DNA from: Octopus sinensis
Taxonomy: Eukaryota
Reading direction: 5' to 3'
Assembly: GCF_006345805.1 (NCBI RefSeq)
Contig: NC_043018.1
Coordinates: forward strand, 7,130,001-7,194,000
DNA length: 64,000 nucleotides
Below are positions 15,745-28,790 of this stretch, piece after piece (positions within the stretch are counted from its first letter, which is position 1; each line of letters starts with the position of its first letter). A program made the translations under genes and the position numbers. The notes beneath the pieces are model-generated. The model did no database searches. It was not told where the DNA came from and saw nothing but the letters and a program-made list of their open reading frames with translations.

Positions 15745-16050
15745 CAGGGTGCAGTGAATAAACTGTCGTCTGAATTACGCAAAAATGAAAATAACACTGA
15801 CATCTCATTTTTGCAGATATTTTTTTGTCAAACTTACATTAAAATATCTTGAAACAGTAAAGAGTAAATTTATTCAATAAAATCGCCATTGGTTTCAACA
15901 ATGGCCTCCAGATGACTTTGGAATCTCCTGCAACCCTTCTGGGCAGTCTCCTTGTTTATGTTGGTCAATACTGTCATAATTCTTGCCTTCAGTTCATCTT
16001 TGGTGTTGCAAGTGATTTTGTTGGTCTTTTGCTCAATTGCACCCAACACA
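15745..16050 (-). mobile_element. 3' end of a Tc1/mariner superfamily element (maT-like)
   Basis: TA|cagggtgcagtgaataaac terminus; minus frame GAIEQKTNKITCNTKDELKARI...CRRFQSHLEAIVETNGDFIE*. Confidence 0.7.
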
Positions 16051-16057
16051 TTAATTA

Positions 16058-16290
16058 CAGATACTATGGAAAGTGTGGGTAAAATGCATCTCAGTAGTTA
16101 TAGGTGCATTAGGAACTATCCCTAAAGATTTGAACAGATGGATAGAGGAAATGGGCATAAAACCTAGTTTAGTACAGCTCCAGAAAACAGTGTTATTAGG
16201 GACAGTTAGGATACTTAGAAGGGTTCTTGGCATCTAAGGTTACTTGTTGTAGCCCAATGTTAGGAATTCTTCTTTTCCAAAAGTCTTATA
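16058..16290 (+). mobile_element. R4/Dong-type 3' fragment, second family
   Basis: SVVIGALGTIPKDLNRWIEEMGI...LQKTVLLGTVRILRRVLGI*. Confidence 0.8.
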
Positions 16291-16745
16291 ATCTTTCCTG
16301 CAAAAGACCTGAAATTTAGGGGGAGTGGGGTAAGTTGATTGCATCAGCACCAGTGTTCAACTGGTACTTATTTTATCAACCCCTGAAATGATGAAAGGTA
16401 AAGTTGACTCCAGTGGAATTTGAACTCAGATCGTAAAGATGGGCGAAATACAACTAAGCATTTCACCCAAAGTGCTAATGTTTCTGGCAGCTCACCAAAT
16501 AATAATACTAATACTACTAATAATAATAATGGTTTCAAATTTTGGCACAAAGTCTGCAATTGCAGAGTTGGGGGTGTAAGTCGATTACATTGACACCAGT
16601 GCTTGACTCCTACTTGTTTTCATAGACCCTCAAAGTGTCAAAGGCAGTGTTTAACTCAGTGGAATTTGAACACAGAACTGCCAGAAGAAATACTATGAAG
16701 CATTTATGTCCAGCATGCTAACAGTTCTGTCAGCTTGCTGCCTTA
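16290..16745 (-). mobile_element. Two tandem family B SINE copies
   Basis: Two decayed heads and cores (gtggaatttgaactcaga) with alternative-type tails. Confidence 0.7.
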
Positions 16746-16748
16746 ATG

Positions 16749-16779
<31 letters not shown>

Positions 16780-16812
16780 TGATGATGACGATGATGATGA
16801 TGATTAACTCAC

Positions 16813-16918
16813 ATATTTTAGATGTTGGAAACTCTTTTACATTCTTTGTACAGTCATCGCTATGTTGTCTTTTAGTGTCTTCCACACTTCCATTCTTTCT
16901 TTGCCGAGAAATCATTGG
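16813..16918 (-). other. Candidate host exon (unverified)
   Basis: Strong acceptor ttttattttcag and donor gtgagt; open frame PMISRQRKNGSVEDTKRQHSDDCTKNVKEFPTSKI; no recognised homology. Confidence 0.25.
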
Positions 16919-17571
16919 CTGAAAATAAAATTATGAAAATAAAACAGATAATTAAATTTAAATGTCTGCAAAAATTTTGTTTATTCACTTATTTTGGGGT
17001 GGGGGAAAAAAAGAGAACTTTGATTTGTTTTTTAAAAGAAACCATTATCATGCATGCCAAAAGTCTAAGATTACAGTTACACAGTTACAGAATAATTGTT
17101 GTTGTTGTTGCTGTTTAATCTTCAGCTCAACCTTTATTGAAGAAACGGATGATCAAAGACATTACATCATTTTTTATTGGTGGGGGTCATAATTTCGTAG
17201 GACCAATTAAGACCAGGACTGTTGGTCTGTTGGCTGTCTTCAGAATCTGCTCTGTTATCAAGTGGTAGACTTACAAATCTAACGTCCTCTTTAAAACCTA
17301 CTAACGGGCTCTTGGGTGCCTCTTGCACAGTTCAGTTCATTGCAAGCTTTGAAGCCAGGATTGTGGTTTGAACCAAAGATTTATTCTTCCTTTGTTTCTT
17401 TCTGCCAGTTTTTGAAATCCTGAAAATGTTTATACTACTTACTTAAGCTTGCAGTGGCATCCATTTGGAGTGGGTTGAGCCAGATCCAATCAACAAGTTC
17501 ACTAGTTCCCTCGCAAATGCTGTGTTATTTGCTGTTGAGGTGTAGAGTTTCAGTAAAATTAAAGGTAAAGT

Positions 17572-18326
17572 TACCTTCTTAAGTTAAACCGACTCATAAG
17601 GACCAGTTTCATGATTTCCATGACATACTGTAAATCCTTGAGTATAATCTGCATTTTTTTCCTAAAATTTAACGGTCAGAATCCCTAGTGCGTAATATAT
17701 ACAAGGTTAAAAATGAAAATTATTTTCCAAGCAATGTCCGAGTCTCTATTTGCTTTCTGGCAATGTTTATTCAAATGCAATTTGTGATGTCGGTCGCAAA
17801 AATACCTTAAACTAAGCCTGAAAGCAATGAAGTCATAAAAGGATCATCCCTAACTTGCAGTAAGCAACATTTATTAAACGTTATTACTGTTATTTCTTTA
17901 TTTTCTGCAAACAAAATGCACAAAAACGCTACACGTTTGCATTATGTTATATATACAAGAATAATAAAGGACGTTACCATATATATTTTTACAAACCAAG
18001 GATGTTATATAGACCTTGACTCAAGTTAGAGAAGGGGTGTGTTTTATACACAAGATTTAGGTTTTTCAGAGGTACAGCCCCCTAAATATTCCCTGCGTAT
18101 TATACTCAAGGGTGGACTATACTCAAGGATTTACAGTATATGTTCTCTACCTGGATGGGACATCAGTCCCTTGCAGGATTACTCATTTTTGCCAGCTGAG
18201 TGGACTAGAGGAATACGAAATGAAGTGTTTTGCTCAAGAACACAATGCATCGCCCGGTCCAGGAATCGAAACCACAATCTTACGATCATCAGTCCAACGC
18301 CCTAGACACTAAGCCACATGCCTCTA
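17572..18326 (-). mobile_element. SINE family D split by a MITE
   Basis: Tail half at 17572-17627 and head half at 18137-18326 are colinear with 8697-8948. Confidence 0.75.
17628..18136. mobile_element. ~510-bp MITE (Tc2/pogo-like), copy 1
   Basis: TIR ctgtaaatcctYgagtata / tatactcRaggatttacag with flanking TA. Confidence 0.9.
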
Positions 18327-18739
18327 CTTAGAGTTTCAGCGAGAAAACGAGTTTGCATATGGTCCCTGGTCCCATGCTTACACACTTTTGGCTAGTATGA
18401 TCCATAGCAGCTCATCTTGCATTCCATTGTCGACTGTTGCAAAGGATACACTGACCAACTTACCACCAATTATCTGTACAATTATCCTGAGTTTGAAGTA
18501 GGTTCTAAAGATATGCTTTAATATAAGCTAAGGTATGCTTCACTCCCAGTGGTCTTCCAGCATGCCAGATACCAACCCAGAATTTCTGAGGGCCTGTGCT
18601 ATAAAAAAGATTGTGGATAATGCTTCCCTTCCTATTCTGTTGTATCTATATTTATGGTTAACTTCTTGGCTCTTGAAGAAGGGCAATGCCTTCACAGATT
18701 CCTTAAAACCATTCAAGTTTTTAACTGATGACACTCATC

Positions 18740-19010
18740 TTCAATTGTTGCAAGCTGTCGTCTGCAGGAGAGACATGAGCAAGAAGGCCGGCCGTTCCAG
18801 AGGACCAAAGTTCTGAAGAGGAAGGACTGAACACTGTAGTTATTGCAGAGACTGGGAGAGTTGAATGCAACATGGATGAGATACAAGTGAGCTGGGAGTG
18901 CTTGGGTGGAGGTGATGTGAATCCAGCTCGCCATGAGAATCAGGGGCCATTATAGCAGTCACTGAACAGACAGAGAAAAGAGAAATCACACCTGGGGACC
19001 AGAAACTGGA
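18740..19010 (-). mobile_element. Decayed CR1/L2-group LINE C-terminus
   Basis: SLCLFSDCYNG...TSPPPKHS and SVQSFLFRTLVLWNGRP resemble the SLFYRYY...SFF.RT..LWN.LP tail of this group. Confidence 0.45.
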
Positions 19011-19630
19011 ACATATTTGGGAGTGACTTTGAGCAAATCATTCTAGATGTATGACTATTTCATTGTCAGCCTCACCTGATTAAGATGTATAAATGCTTAA
19101 AATATATATTGCTTACTTTTTCTCTGATAAATGTTACAGAGACAAAAGAATCTCTACCCAGTCACTGGACCTACTAGAAATAGCAGCCAAATCTCCCTTA
19201 AATAATACCACAGAATCTTGAGAAAATAGAAATGCATGTTAGTCAATCATTTCAAATTTTTTCCCAAAGTCAACGGTTTAATGATAGGGTTAAGTCAATT
19301 ACATTGACCCTAGTTCTCAAGTGGTCCTTGTTTTATCGATTCCTAAAGGTGAAAGGCAAAACCAACCTTGGCAGAATTTGAATTAGAAACATAAGGAGAT
19401 AGAAGAAATGCTGCAAAGTTTTTTCCCAATGTGCTAACGATTCTCCCAGCATGCAGCCCCTAATCTTTTCATTATAATATTAATGTTGAAATATGCTGCC
19501 TTTGTTTCAGTTAATTTCGAAAATAATAGAAAATCCATTAAAATAACTTTGACAGTATTAATCTGCTGCTTGGAATATAAATTAGCTTGAAATTTTGATT
19601 AAATTTATATCATCTCTAACCTGCTTGTTA

Positions 19631-20138
19631 CTGTAAATCCTCAAGTATGATCTGCATTTTTCCCCAAAATTTAAAGGTCGGAATCCCTAGTGTGTACTAT
19701 ATACGAAGTTAAAAATTAAAATTATTTTCTAAGCAATGTCCGAGTCTCTATTTGCTGTCCAGCAATGTTTATTCAGATGCATTTTGTGATGTCAGGCACG
19801 AAGATACCTTAAGCTAAGCCTGAAAGCAATGAAGTCATAAAAGAATCATCCATAACTTGCAGTCAGCAGCATTTATTAAACGTTATTACTGTTATTTCTT
19901 TATTTTCTTCAAATAATGCACAAAAAAGCTACACATTTGCATTATGTTATATATGCAATAATAATAAAGGATGTTACCGTATACATTTTTACAAACCAAG
20001 GACGTTATATCGACCTCTTTGACTTAAGTTAGAGAAGGGGTGCATATTATACACATGGTTTAGGTTTTTCAGAAGTACAGCCCCTTCAAAATTCCCTGAG
20101 TATTATACCAAGGGCGGACTATACTCGAGGATTTACGA
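19631..20138. mobile_element. MITE, copy 2
   Basis: Same TIRs, TA flanks and interior as 17628-18136. Confidence 0.9.
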
Positions 20139-20334
20139 TATATTTTTGTTGAAATACACTGCCATTCTTTCAATAAAGGCTGTGTGTTTTGAAAATAATG
20201 CAGATTTACTAAACTATTTTTGTCAATATTAAGCATAAAATTAGCATAAAATTCTGACAGAAGATTTTAATTTAGACCACTATAAAATGGAAAGTTTGTA
20301 GCATAGAACAGGGTGAGATTCTTTCAGTTTCTTA

Positions 20335-21890
20335 TTTCTTTATTGCCCACAAGGGGCTAACCATAGAGGGGACAAACAAGGATAGACAAAGGTATTAAGT
20401 CAATTTCATTGACCCCAGTGCGTAACTGGTGCTTAATTTATCGACCCCGGAAAGATGAAAGGCAAAGTCGACATTGGTGGAATTTGAACTCAGAACGTAA
20501 CAGCAGACGAAATACCTATTTCTTTACTACCCACAAGGGGCTAAGCACAGAGAGGACAAACAAGGACAGACAAACGGATTAAGTCAATTATATCGCCCCC
20601 AGTGCGTAACTGATACTTAATTTATCGACCTTGAAAGGATGAAAGGAAAAGTTGACCTCAGCAGAATTTGAACTCAGAACGTAACGGCAGATGAAATACC
20701 GCTAAACATTTCGCCCGGCGTGCTAACGGTTCTGCCAGCTTTCCACCTATTCTTTCAGTTTCTGTCAACCAAAACCACCCACAAGGCTTTGGTTGACCCA
20801 GAGCTATGGTAGAAGAAGACACTAACCCTAGGTGCTACACAGCAGGCCTAAACTCAAGACTGTGCTGTTAAAACTGAAAGGAAACCATTTCAGGAAAGCA
20901 TTCTACCATATTAGCTTCAAATTTTTGACACAAGGACTGCAATTTCAGAGAAGGGGACCTAGTCAGTTACAGTGACCCCAGTAATCAACTAGTACTTGTT
21001 TTATCAACTCTGAAAGGATGAAAGGCAAAATAGATCTCAGTGGCATTTGAACTCAGCATGTAAAGAGACAAAATGTTACTAAACCTTTTTGCCCAACACA
21101 CTAATGATTCTACCAGCTGTTGCCTCCTTATTGTTATTAATTATTGGTGGTTTTAAGTTTTGGCACAAGGCCAGCAATTTTGGGAAAGGAGTAAGTCGAT
21201 TATATTGACCCCAATGATCAACTGGTATTTATTTTAAGGCGGTGAGCTGGCAGAACCGTTAGCACGCCAGGCGAAATGCTTAGCGGTATTTTGTCTGCCA
21301 CTAGGTTCTGAGTTCAAATTCCGCCGAGGTCAACTTTGCCTTTCATTCTTTCGGGGTCGATTAAATAAGTGCCAGTTGCGCACTGGGGTCGATATAATCG
21401 ACTTAATCCGTTTGTCTGTCCTTGTTTGTCCTCTCTGTGTTTAGCCCCTTGTGGGTAGTAAAGAAATAAGTATTTATTTTATCGATCCTGAAAGGATAAA
21501 AAGCAAGGTCTACCTTGGTGGAATTTGAACTCAGAATGTAAAGACAGACGAAATGCTGCTCGGCATTTTCATGCAAGCTAACAATCCTACCAGCTCAACA
21601 CCTGGACAATGAAAATAATAACCCTTTCGATTAAAGCCACAAGGCCTGAAATTTGTGGAGAGGGGATGAGTCGATTATATCAACCCCAGTGTTTCACTGT
21701 TACATAATTTATTGATCCTCAAACGTCTGAAAGGCAAAGTCAGCCTCAGCAGAATTTGAACTCGGAACTTGAAGACATGAAATACCACTAAGCATTTTTC
21801 CCAGTATGCTAATGGTTCAATCAGCTCACCACCTTCACAATGATAATAATAATAATGTTTTCAAACTTTGGCACAAGGCCAGCAATTTCA
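20335..21890 (-). mobile_element. Cluster of about six family B SINE copies and fragments
   Basis: Repeated aaaggcaaagtcgac...gaatttgaactcagaac cores; includes a partial tandem at 20335-20750. Confidence 0.8.
21238..21468 (+). mobile_element. Family B SINE nested in an antisense family B copy
   Basis: Full head to tail; TSD-like gtatttatttta on both sides. Confidence 0.9.
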
Positions 21891-21892
21891 GG

Positions 21893-22275
21893 GAGGGCGT
21901 GGCTGTGTAGTAAGTAGCTTGCTTACCAACCACATGGTTCCGGGTTCAGTCCCACTGCATGGCACCTTGGGCAAGTGTCTTCTACTATAGCCTCGGGCCG
22001 ACCAAAGCCTTGTGAGTGGATTTGGTAGATGGAAACTGAAAGAAGCCCTTCATATATATGTATATATATATGTTTGTGTGTCTGTGTTTGTCCCCCCAAC
22101 ATCGCTTGACAACCGATGGTGGTGTGTTTACATCCCTGTAACTTAGCAGTTCGGCAAAAGAGACCGATAGAATAAGTACTGGACTTACAAGGAATAAGTC
22201 CTGGGGTCGATTTGCTCGACTAAAGGCGGTGCTCCAGCATGGCCGCAGTCAAATGACTGAAACATGTAAAAGTGT
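21893..22275 (+). mobile_element. SINE family A
   Basis: Colinear with 4362-4776. Confidence 0.9.
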
Positions 22276-22948
22276 AACCCCATTTCTCAACTGGTACTTA
22301 TTTTATCAACCCTGAAAGGATTTAAAGCAATGTCGACCTTAGTGGAATTTGAACTCAGAACATAAAAACGGATGCAATGCCACAGAACATTATGCATAAC
22401 ATACTAACAATTCTGCCGGCTCACTGCCTTAACAAGCATTGTACCATATTAAACACACCTACATATATATACATATACACACATGCATGCAGACAGTAGA
22501 GTTTCCCCAAATACAGAGAATAGTTGATAATAAAGCTTTGATTAACCCAGTCCACCCATGCAGAATATGTTGTCTGCATGTTAATGCCTTTTTATACATC
22601 TAACTACAAGAGCCAACAATATCTGAGATAGAATGTGTAGCTATGGAACTATTTTTATGAGACCTTATTTCCCAATATATGTGGTCAGTATTTAAATGAA
22701 TTCGACACAAGTTTCTATCTTAGTTATCACTGTCTGTGAGAAGTATGTTACCACTGTTTCTAAGTAGTTCAATATATTTATGATCTGGTCTGAATTTGTT
22801 CTTGTTTTTCCAAGTTACTGATTTTGTGTTTTTTCCTATAAAAAAAAAACAGCTTGCCATCATATCTCCAAATAACTTGCTGAAAAATATTCAAATTTGA
22901 GGAAAAGAAATATATATATATATGTGCGTGTGTGTATGTATGTATATA

Positions 22949-23116
22949 GGCGCAGGAGTAGCTGTGTAGTAAGTAGCTTGCTTACCAACCACATGGTTCC
23001 GGGTTCACTCCCACTGCGTGGCACCTTGGGTAAGTGTCTTCTACTCTAGCCTCGGGCCAACCAAAGCCCTGTGAGTGGATTTGGTAGACGGAAACTGAAA
23101 GAAGCCCGTTGTATAA

Positions 23117-23162
<46 letters not shown>

Positions 23163-23372
23163 ATGTATGTTTGTGTGTCTGTGTTTGTCCCCCTAGCATT
23201 GCTTGATAACCAATGCTGGTGTGTTTATGTCCCCGTCATTTAGCGGTTCGGCAAAAGAGACTGATAGAATAAGTACTGGGCTTACAAGGAATAAGTCCCG
23301 GGGTCGAGTTGCTCAACTAAAGGCAGTGCTCCAGCATGGCCGCAGTCAACTGACTGAAACAAGTAAAGAGTA
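22949..23372 (+). mobile_element. SINE family A
   Basis: Full head ggcgcaggagtagctgtg through tail. Confidence 0.9.
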
Positions 23373-23387
23373 AATATATATATAATT

Positions 23388-23762
23388 CTTTTATTTGTTT
23401 CAGTCATTTGACTGTGGCCATGCTGAAGCAATGCCTTTAGTCGAGCAAATCGACCCCAGGACTTATTCTTTGTAAGCCTAGTACTTATTGTATTGTTCCC
23501 TTTTGCCAAACTGCGAAGTTATAGGTATGTAAATGCACCAGCATCAGTTGTCAAGCAATGTTGAGGGGGACAAACACAGACACACAAACATATATATCTG
23601 TACAACAGGCTTCTTTCAGTTTCCCTCTACCAAATCCACTCACAAAGCTTTGGGTGGCCCAGTGTTATAGTACAAGACATTTGCCCAAGGTGCCACACAG
23701 TGGGACTGAACCTGGAACCATGTTGTTGGTAAGCAAGCTACTTACCACACAGCCACTCCTGT
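23388..23762 (-). mobile_element. SINE family A, tail-to-tail with the preceding copy
   Basis: Reverse complement of family A; a further decayed copy follows at about 23795-24045. Confidence 0.9.
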
Positions 23763-24045
23763 GATTATATTTTATCATTATTTTTTACTTGTTGCAGCCA
23801 TAATGGGGCACAGCCTTAAAGAATTGGTCCCAGTATCTATTTTCTTTAAAGCCTGGTACTTATTCTATCAGTCTCTTTTGCCAAACAGCTAAGTTACAGG
23901 GACATAAATGTACCAACACTGGTTAAGCAGTGATGGGAGACAAATACACACACATAACAGGCTTCTTTCAGTTTCCTTCTACCTAATCCACTCATAACAC
24001 TTCAGTCAACCTGAGGCTATGGTAGAAGGAGATTGAACTTGGAGC

Positions 24046-25501
24046 CATAGGGAAAGTTCTCTGTCAGTAATTCATCGCAGGGAAAGTTCCCCGTCACCAA
24101 TTTACTACAGGAAAAATTTTCCGTCATCACTTCACCATAGGGAAAATTCTCTGTCAGTAATTCACCACAGAGAAAGTTCTGTCAGCAATTTACCACAAGG
24201 AAAGTTCTTTGTCAGCAATTTACCACAGGGAAAGTTCCCCGTCATCAATTTACTGCAGGAAAAGTTTTCCGTCATCACTTCACCGTAGGGAAAGTTCTGT
24301 CAGTAATTCACCACAGAGAAAGTTCTGTCAGCAATTTACCACAAGGAAAGTTCTTTGTCAGCAATTTACCACAGGGAAAGTTCCCCGTCATCAATTTACT
24401 GCAGGAAAAGTTTTCCGTCATCACTTCACCGTAGGGAAAGTTCTGTCAGTAATTCACCACAGAGAAAGTTCTGTCAGCAATTTACCACAAGGAAAGTTCT
24501 TTGTCAGCAATTTACCACAGGGAAAGTTCCCCGTCATCAATTTACTGCAGAAAAGTTTTCCGTCATCACTTCACGTAGGGAAAGTTCTGTCAGTAATTCA
24601 CCACAGAGAAGTTCTGTCAGCAATTTACCACAAGGAAAGTTCTTTGTCAGCACAATTTACCACAAGGAAAGTTCCCCGTCATCAATTTACTGCAGGAAAA
24701 GTTTTCCGTCATCACTTCACCGTAGGGAAGTTCTCTGTCAGTAATCACCACAGAGAAAGTTCTGTCAGCAATTTACCACAAGGAAAGTTCTTTGTCAGCA
24801 ATTTACCACAGGGAAAGTTCCCCGTCATCAATTTACTGCAGGAAAAGTTTTCCGTCATCACTTCACCGTAGGGAAAGTTCTCTGTCAGTAATTCACCACA
24901 GAGAAAGTTCTGTCAGCAATTTACCACAAGGAAAGTTCTTTGTCAGCAATTTACCACAGGGAAAGTTCCCCGTCATCAATTTACTGCAGGAAAAGTTTTC
25001 CGTCATCACTTCACCGTAGGGAAAGTTCTCTGTCAGTAATTCACCACAGAGAAAGTTCTGTCAGCAATTTACCACAAGGAAAGTTCTTTGTCAGTAATTC
25101 ACCACAGAGAAAGTTGAAGGTCATCAATTCGCCACAAGGAAAGTTCCCTGTCATCAATTTACCGTAAGAAAAGTTTTATGTCATCACTTCACCGTAGGGA
25201 ATGTTCTGTCAGTAATTTACTGCAGGAAAAGTTTTCCGTCATCACTTCACCGTAGGGAAAGTTCTCTGTCAGTAATTCACCACAGAGAAAGTTGAAGGTC
25301 ATCAATTCGCCACAAGGAAAGTTCCCTGTCATCAATTTACCGTAAGAAAAGTTTTATGTCATCACTTCACCGTAGGGAATGTTCTGTCATCAATTTACTG
25401 CAGGAAAAGTTTTCCGTCATCACTTCACCATAAGGAAAGTTCTCTGTCAGTAATTCACCACAGAGAAAGTTCTGTCAGCAATTTACCACAGGGAAAGTTC
25501 C
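24046..25501. repeat. Satellite: ~30-bp monomers in a ~148-bp five-monomer higher-order repeat
   Basis: Monomers gggaaagttctctgtcagtaattcaccaca, gagaaagttctgtcagcaatttaccaca, aggaaagttctttgtcagcaatttaccaca, gggaaagttccccgtcatcaatttactgca and ggaaaagttttccgtcatcacttcaccgta recur in order about ten times. Confidence 0.95.
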
Positions 25502-25745
25502 TAAACATCTCACGAAAGAAATGGGAGGTAGAGAGAATTAAAAATCAAATAAACAAATCTGATGAAACCAAGGCCTCACAATTTTGGGTTTCAATGAATA
25601 TGTTGCACAAGGTTCCACACATTGGGACTGTAACGGAAAGCCAAGGACTGCCAAGTGAGCTTCTTAACTTCACAAAACCAGGCCTGCACTGAGACATCAT
25701 TGATCAGGCACTTAAGCATCCCCACAAAAAAAAAAAAAATACTAA

Positions 25746-26140
25746 GCGTCGGAGTAGCTGTGTGGTAAGTTGCTTGCTTACCAGCCACATGGTTCTGGGT
25801 TCAGTCCCACTGTGTGGCACCTTGGGTAAGTGTCTTCTACTATAACTTCAGGCCAACCAAAGCCTTGTGAGTGGATTTGGTAGACGGAAACTGAAAGAAG
25901 CCCATCGTATATATGTATGTGTTTGTATATGTTTGTGTTTCTGCGTTTGTCCCCCCAACATCGCTTGACAACCGATGCTGGTGTGTTTACATTCCGTAAC
26001 TTAGCAGTTCAGCAAAAAGCGACCGATAGAATAAGTACTAGGCTTACAAAGAATAAGTTCTGGGGTTGATTTACTCGATTAAGGGCGGTGCTCCAGCATG
26101 GCCACAGTCAAGTGAGTGAAACAAGTAAAAGAGTAAAGAG
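25746..26140 (+). mobile_element. SINE family A
   Basis: Colinear with other copies; followed by a family B copy (-) at 26143-26350. Confidence 0.9.
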
Positions 26141-26348
26141 TAGTAAAAACACAAGGCCTGAAATTTGATGAGAGGGGTCTAGTCGATTACATCAACCCCG
26201 GTTCTCAACTGGTACTTATTTTATTGACCCCCGAAAAAGATGAAAGGCAAAATTGACCTTGGCAGAATTTGAACCCAGAATGTCAAGGTGGATGAAATGC
26301 CACTAAGTATTTTGCTTGGCATGCTAATGATTCTGCCAGCTTTCCACC

Positions 26349-26413
<65 letters not shown>

Positions 26414-26847
26414 AATAATAATAAAATAATAATAATAATAATAATAATAATAGGGGGATGGGGGTGGAAATTAAAAATCAAGGAAACAAAATCTACCAAA
26501 CAGAAGCACTACAATTTCAGGTTAGTGAATATGTTATTTGATGTAATGAATGTTGGGTCGATGTTGAAAGGAGTGGTGTGTGTGTGTGTGGTGGGGTGTT
26601 GTACATTGTCTTTGACAATCAAACTAAAATATTAGTCTATCCGTTTGTCTCTCTTTCTACTCCTCCCTCCCCCTCTCTCTCTCTCTCTTTCTCTATAGTG
26701 TTGTTCTTTGTCAAAAGAAATCAATATTGAACAGTATAAGATTACTTTTTTTCTTTGTGTTGTTATTAGCGAGTTTCTGTTATTTTATTATTTTTTTTAT
26801 TTATATTTCATTATTTTTTTGATCTTTTTGATTAACTTTTGGTTGCT

Positions 26848-28415
26848 AATTATTTTATCATTATTATCATTATTATTATTATTATTCGATATTTGATAGC
26901 TTCAGACAAATTTTTTCTGCATCACCTGCTATGTCTCCATGTTGCTGAGGTATGTGCAGCTTTGTGTGTTCCTCTTAATTGGTGCTGCTGTTGTTGTTGT
27001 TGTTGTCGGGGGAGTACAAACTCTTCTTGGCATTGTATTGCATCAGTTTGTTTTGTATGGGATTTGGTTGCAGTCTTTTGTTATTTTAGTGTTTGTACCA
27101 TATACTGTATGTGTAACGAGAGCTGCGTTCTTCAGTTGGGTATCCGACCTGTAGAGTACACGTGCTGGTGGTTGTTTTTATTGGATATTTACAGAATAGA
27201 GTGTGTCTTGTATTTGTGGATTGTTTTGTTTGAGTTGTATCACTGAATTGATAGTGTCTTGTGTAGGATATGGGCTGGTCCTAGCAGGGCTATTTTTTGG
27301 GTAGTGTGTAGTGTCGCGGGTCCAGGTATATCTTCGACATTTTCGTGTTGTGGTTGTTTATTTTATTGGATATTTACTGTGAAGGTGCATGGATCAGTGG
27401 TTAGAGCGTCGAGCTTATGATCGTGAGGTTGTGAGTTCGATTCCCGGACCGGGCTGTGTGTTGTGATCTTGAGCAGCACACTTTATTTTATGTTGCTCCA
27501 ATTCCCTCAGCTGTAGAAATGAGTTGCGACATCACAGGTGCCAAGCTGTATCGGCCTTGGCCTTACCCTTGGATAACATCTGTGGCATGGAGAGAGGAGG
27601 CTGGTATGCATGGGTAACTGCTGGTCTTCCATAAACAACCTTGCCCAGACTTGTGCCTGGGAGGGTAACTTTCTAGGTGCAATCCCATGGTCATTCATGA
27701 CCGAAGGGGGTCTCCCACTGTATAGAGTTTCTTGTGTTTATGGATTATTTTGTTTGGGTTCTATTATTGAATTGATAGTCTTGTGTAGCATGTGGGCTAT
27801 TCCTATTTGATAATATGTAGTGGTAGGGTCCAGGTATAGCTTCTCCATTTTCATTCACGTGTTTTTGTTTTTGTTTTTTTTTTTTCATACCCAATACTCC
27901 ATTTACTACTGGTATTGTTTTCACCTTCATGTTCCACATCTTGAATATTTTGGTTTCAAGATTTTTGTACTTTGACAATTTCTCCTCTTCTTTTTAGGCA
28001 ATATTTTGGCCTGAAGAAACTGCAATGTCTATCAGTAAGTACATGTTGTTTTTGTTTTTTGCTTTTGCCAATCCTTGATTATTATATCTGGGCAATTAGC
28101 CTTAATTTCTTTGTCAGTTTGAACAGATATATCAGAGATGATTGTAGCCTGGTCATTGTTATGTATCTTGTTTGGCACATGTTTTATACCATTTCTTGTT
28201 AGTTTTTATAGTGCAGTGGTGGCATATTGTCCAATGGATGTAACTATTTACTCAGTGATGTCTGTACATGTATTCAGACTTGGCTAGGACTGGACAGCCA
28301 CAGATGGTGTGGTCAACTGTCCCATTGTGCTGGTTGCACATTCTGCATTTGGTGCTGGGGCTTGTTTTCATTATTTTACTTTTGTAGTTGAAGCAATGCT
28401 CACATACAGATATCT
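26848..28415 (-). mobile_element. R4/Dong-type 3' region, third family, with a duplicated terminus and SINE insertion
   Basis: CRMCNQHNGTVDHTICGCPVLAKSEYMYRH zinc knuckle; VQTDKEIKANCPDIIIKD; SKYKNLE...TIPVV; C-terminus present twice (about 27760 and 27245); (aat)n tail near 26850-26890. Confidence 0.85.
27382..27714 (+). mobile_element. tRNA-derived SINE family E
   Basis: Head tggatcagtggttagagcg...gagttcgattccc; colinear with 51208-51565. Confidence 0.85.
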
Positions 28416-28424
28416 GTACATCAT

Positions 28425-28790
28425 CATCATCATTTAACGTCCGCTTTCCATGCTAGCATGGGATGGACGGTTCGACCGGGGATCTGGGAAGCCAGAAGGC
28501 TGCTCCAGTCTGATCTGGTAGTGTTTCTACAGCTGGATGCCCTTCATAACGCCAACCACTCCGTGAGTGTAGTGGGTGCTTTTTACATGCCACTGGACCA
28601 GGTGCCAGGCAAGGCTGGCAATGGCCACGATCGGATTGATGCTTTTTACATGCCACCAGCACGGAAGCCAGTCAAGGTGGAGCTGGCATCGGCCACATTC
28701 AGATGGTGCTTTTTACGTGCCACCGGCACAGGGATCACAACTACAATTTCCATTGATTTTTGATGTTGGTGTACTTGACTCAATAGGTCT
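28425..28790 (-). mobile_element. RTE 3' UTR fragment (family F)
   Basis: Colinear with 2272-2720. Confidence 0.85.

Noticed and set aside
24209-25167. Repetitive ORFs up to 220 aa, a CRISPR-like look and kappaB-like gggaaagttcc motifs
   Set aside because: A satellite without unique spacers or cas genes; the ORFs are by-products of repeat phase and the motif does not fit the kappaB consensus well.
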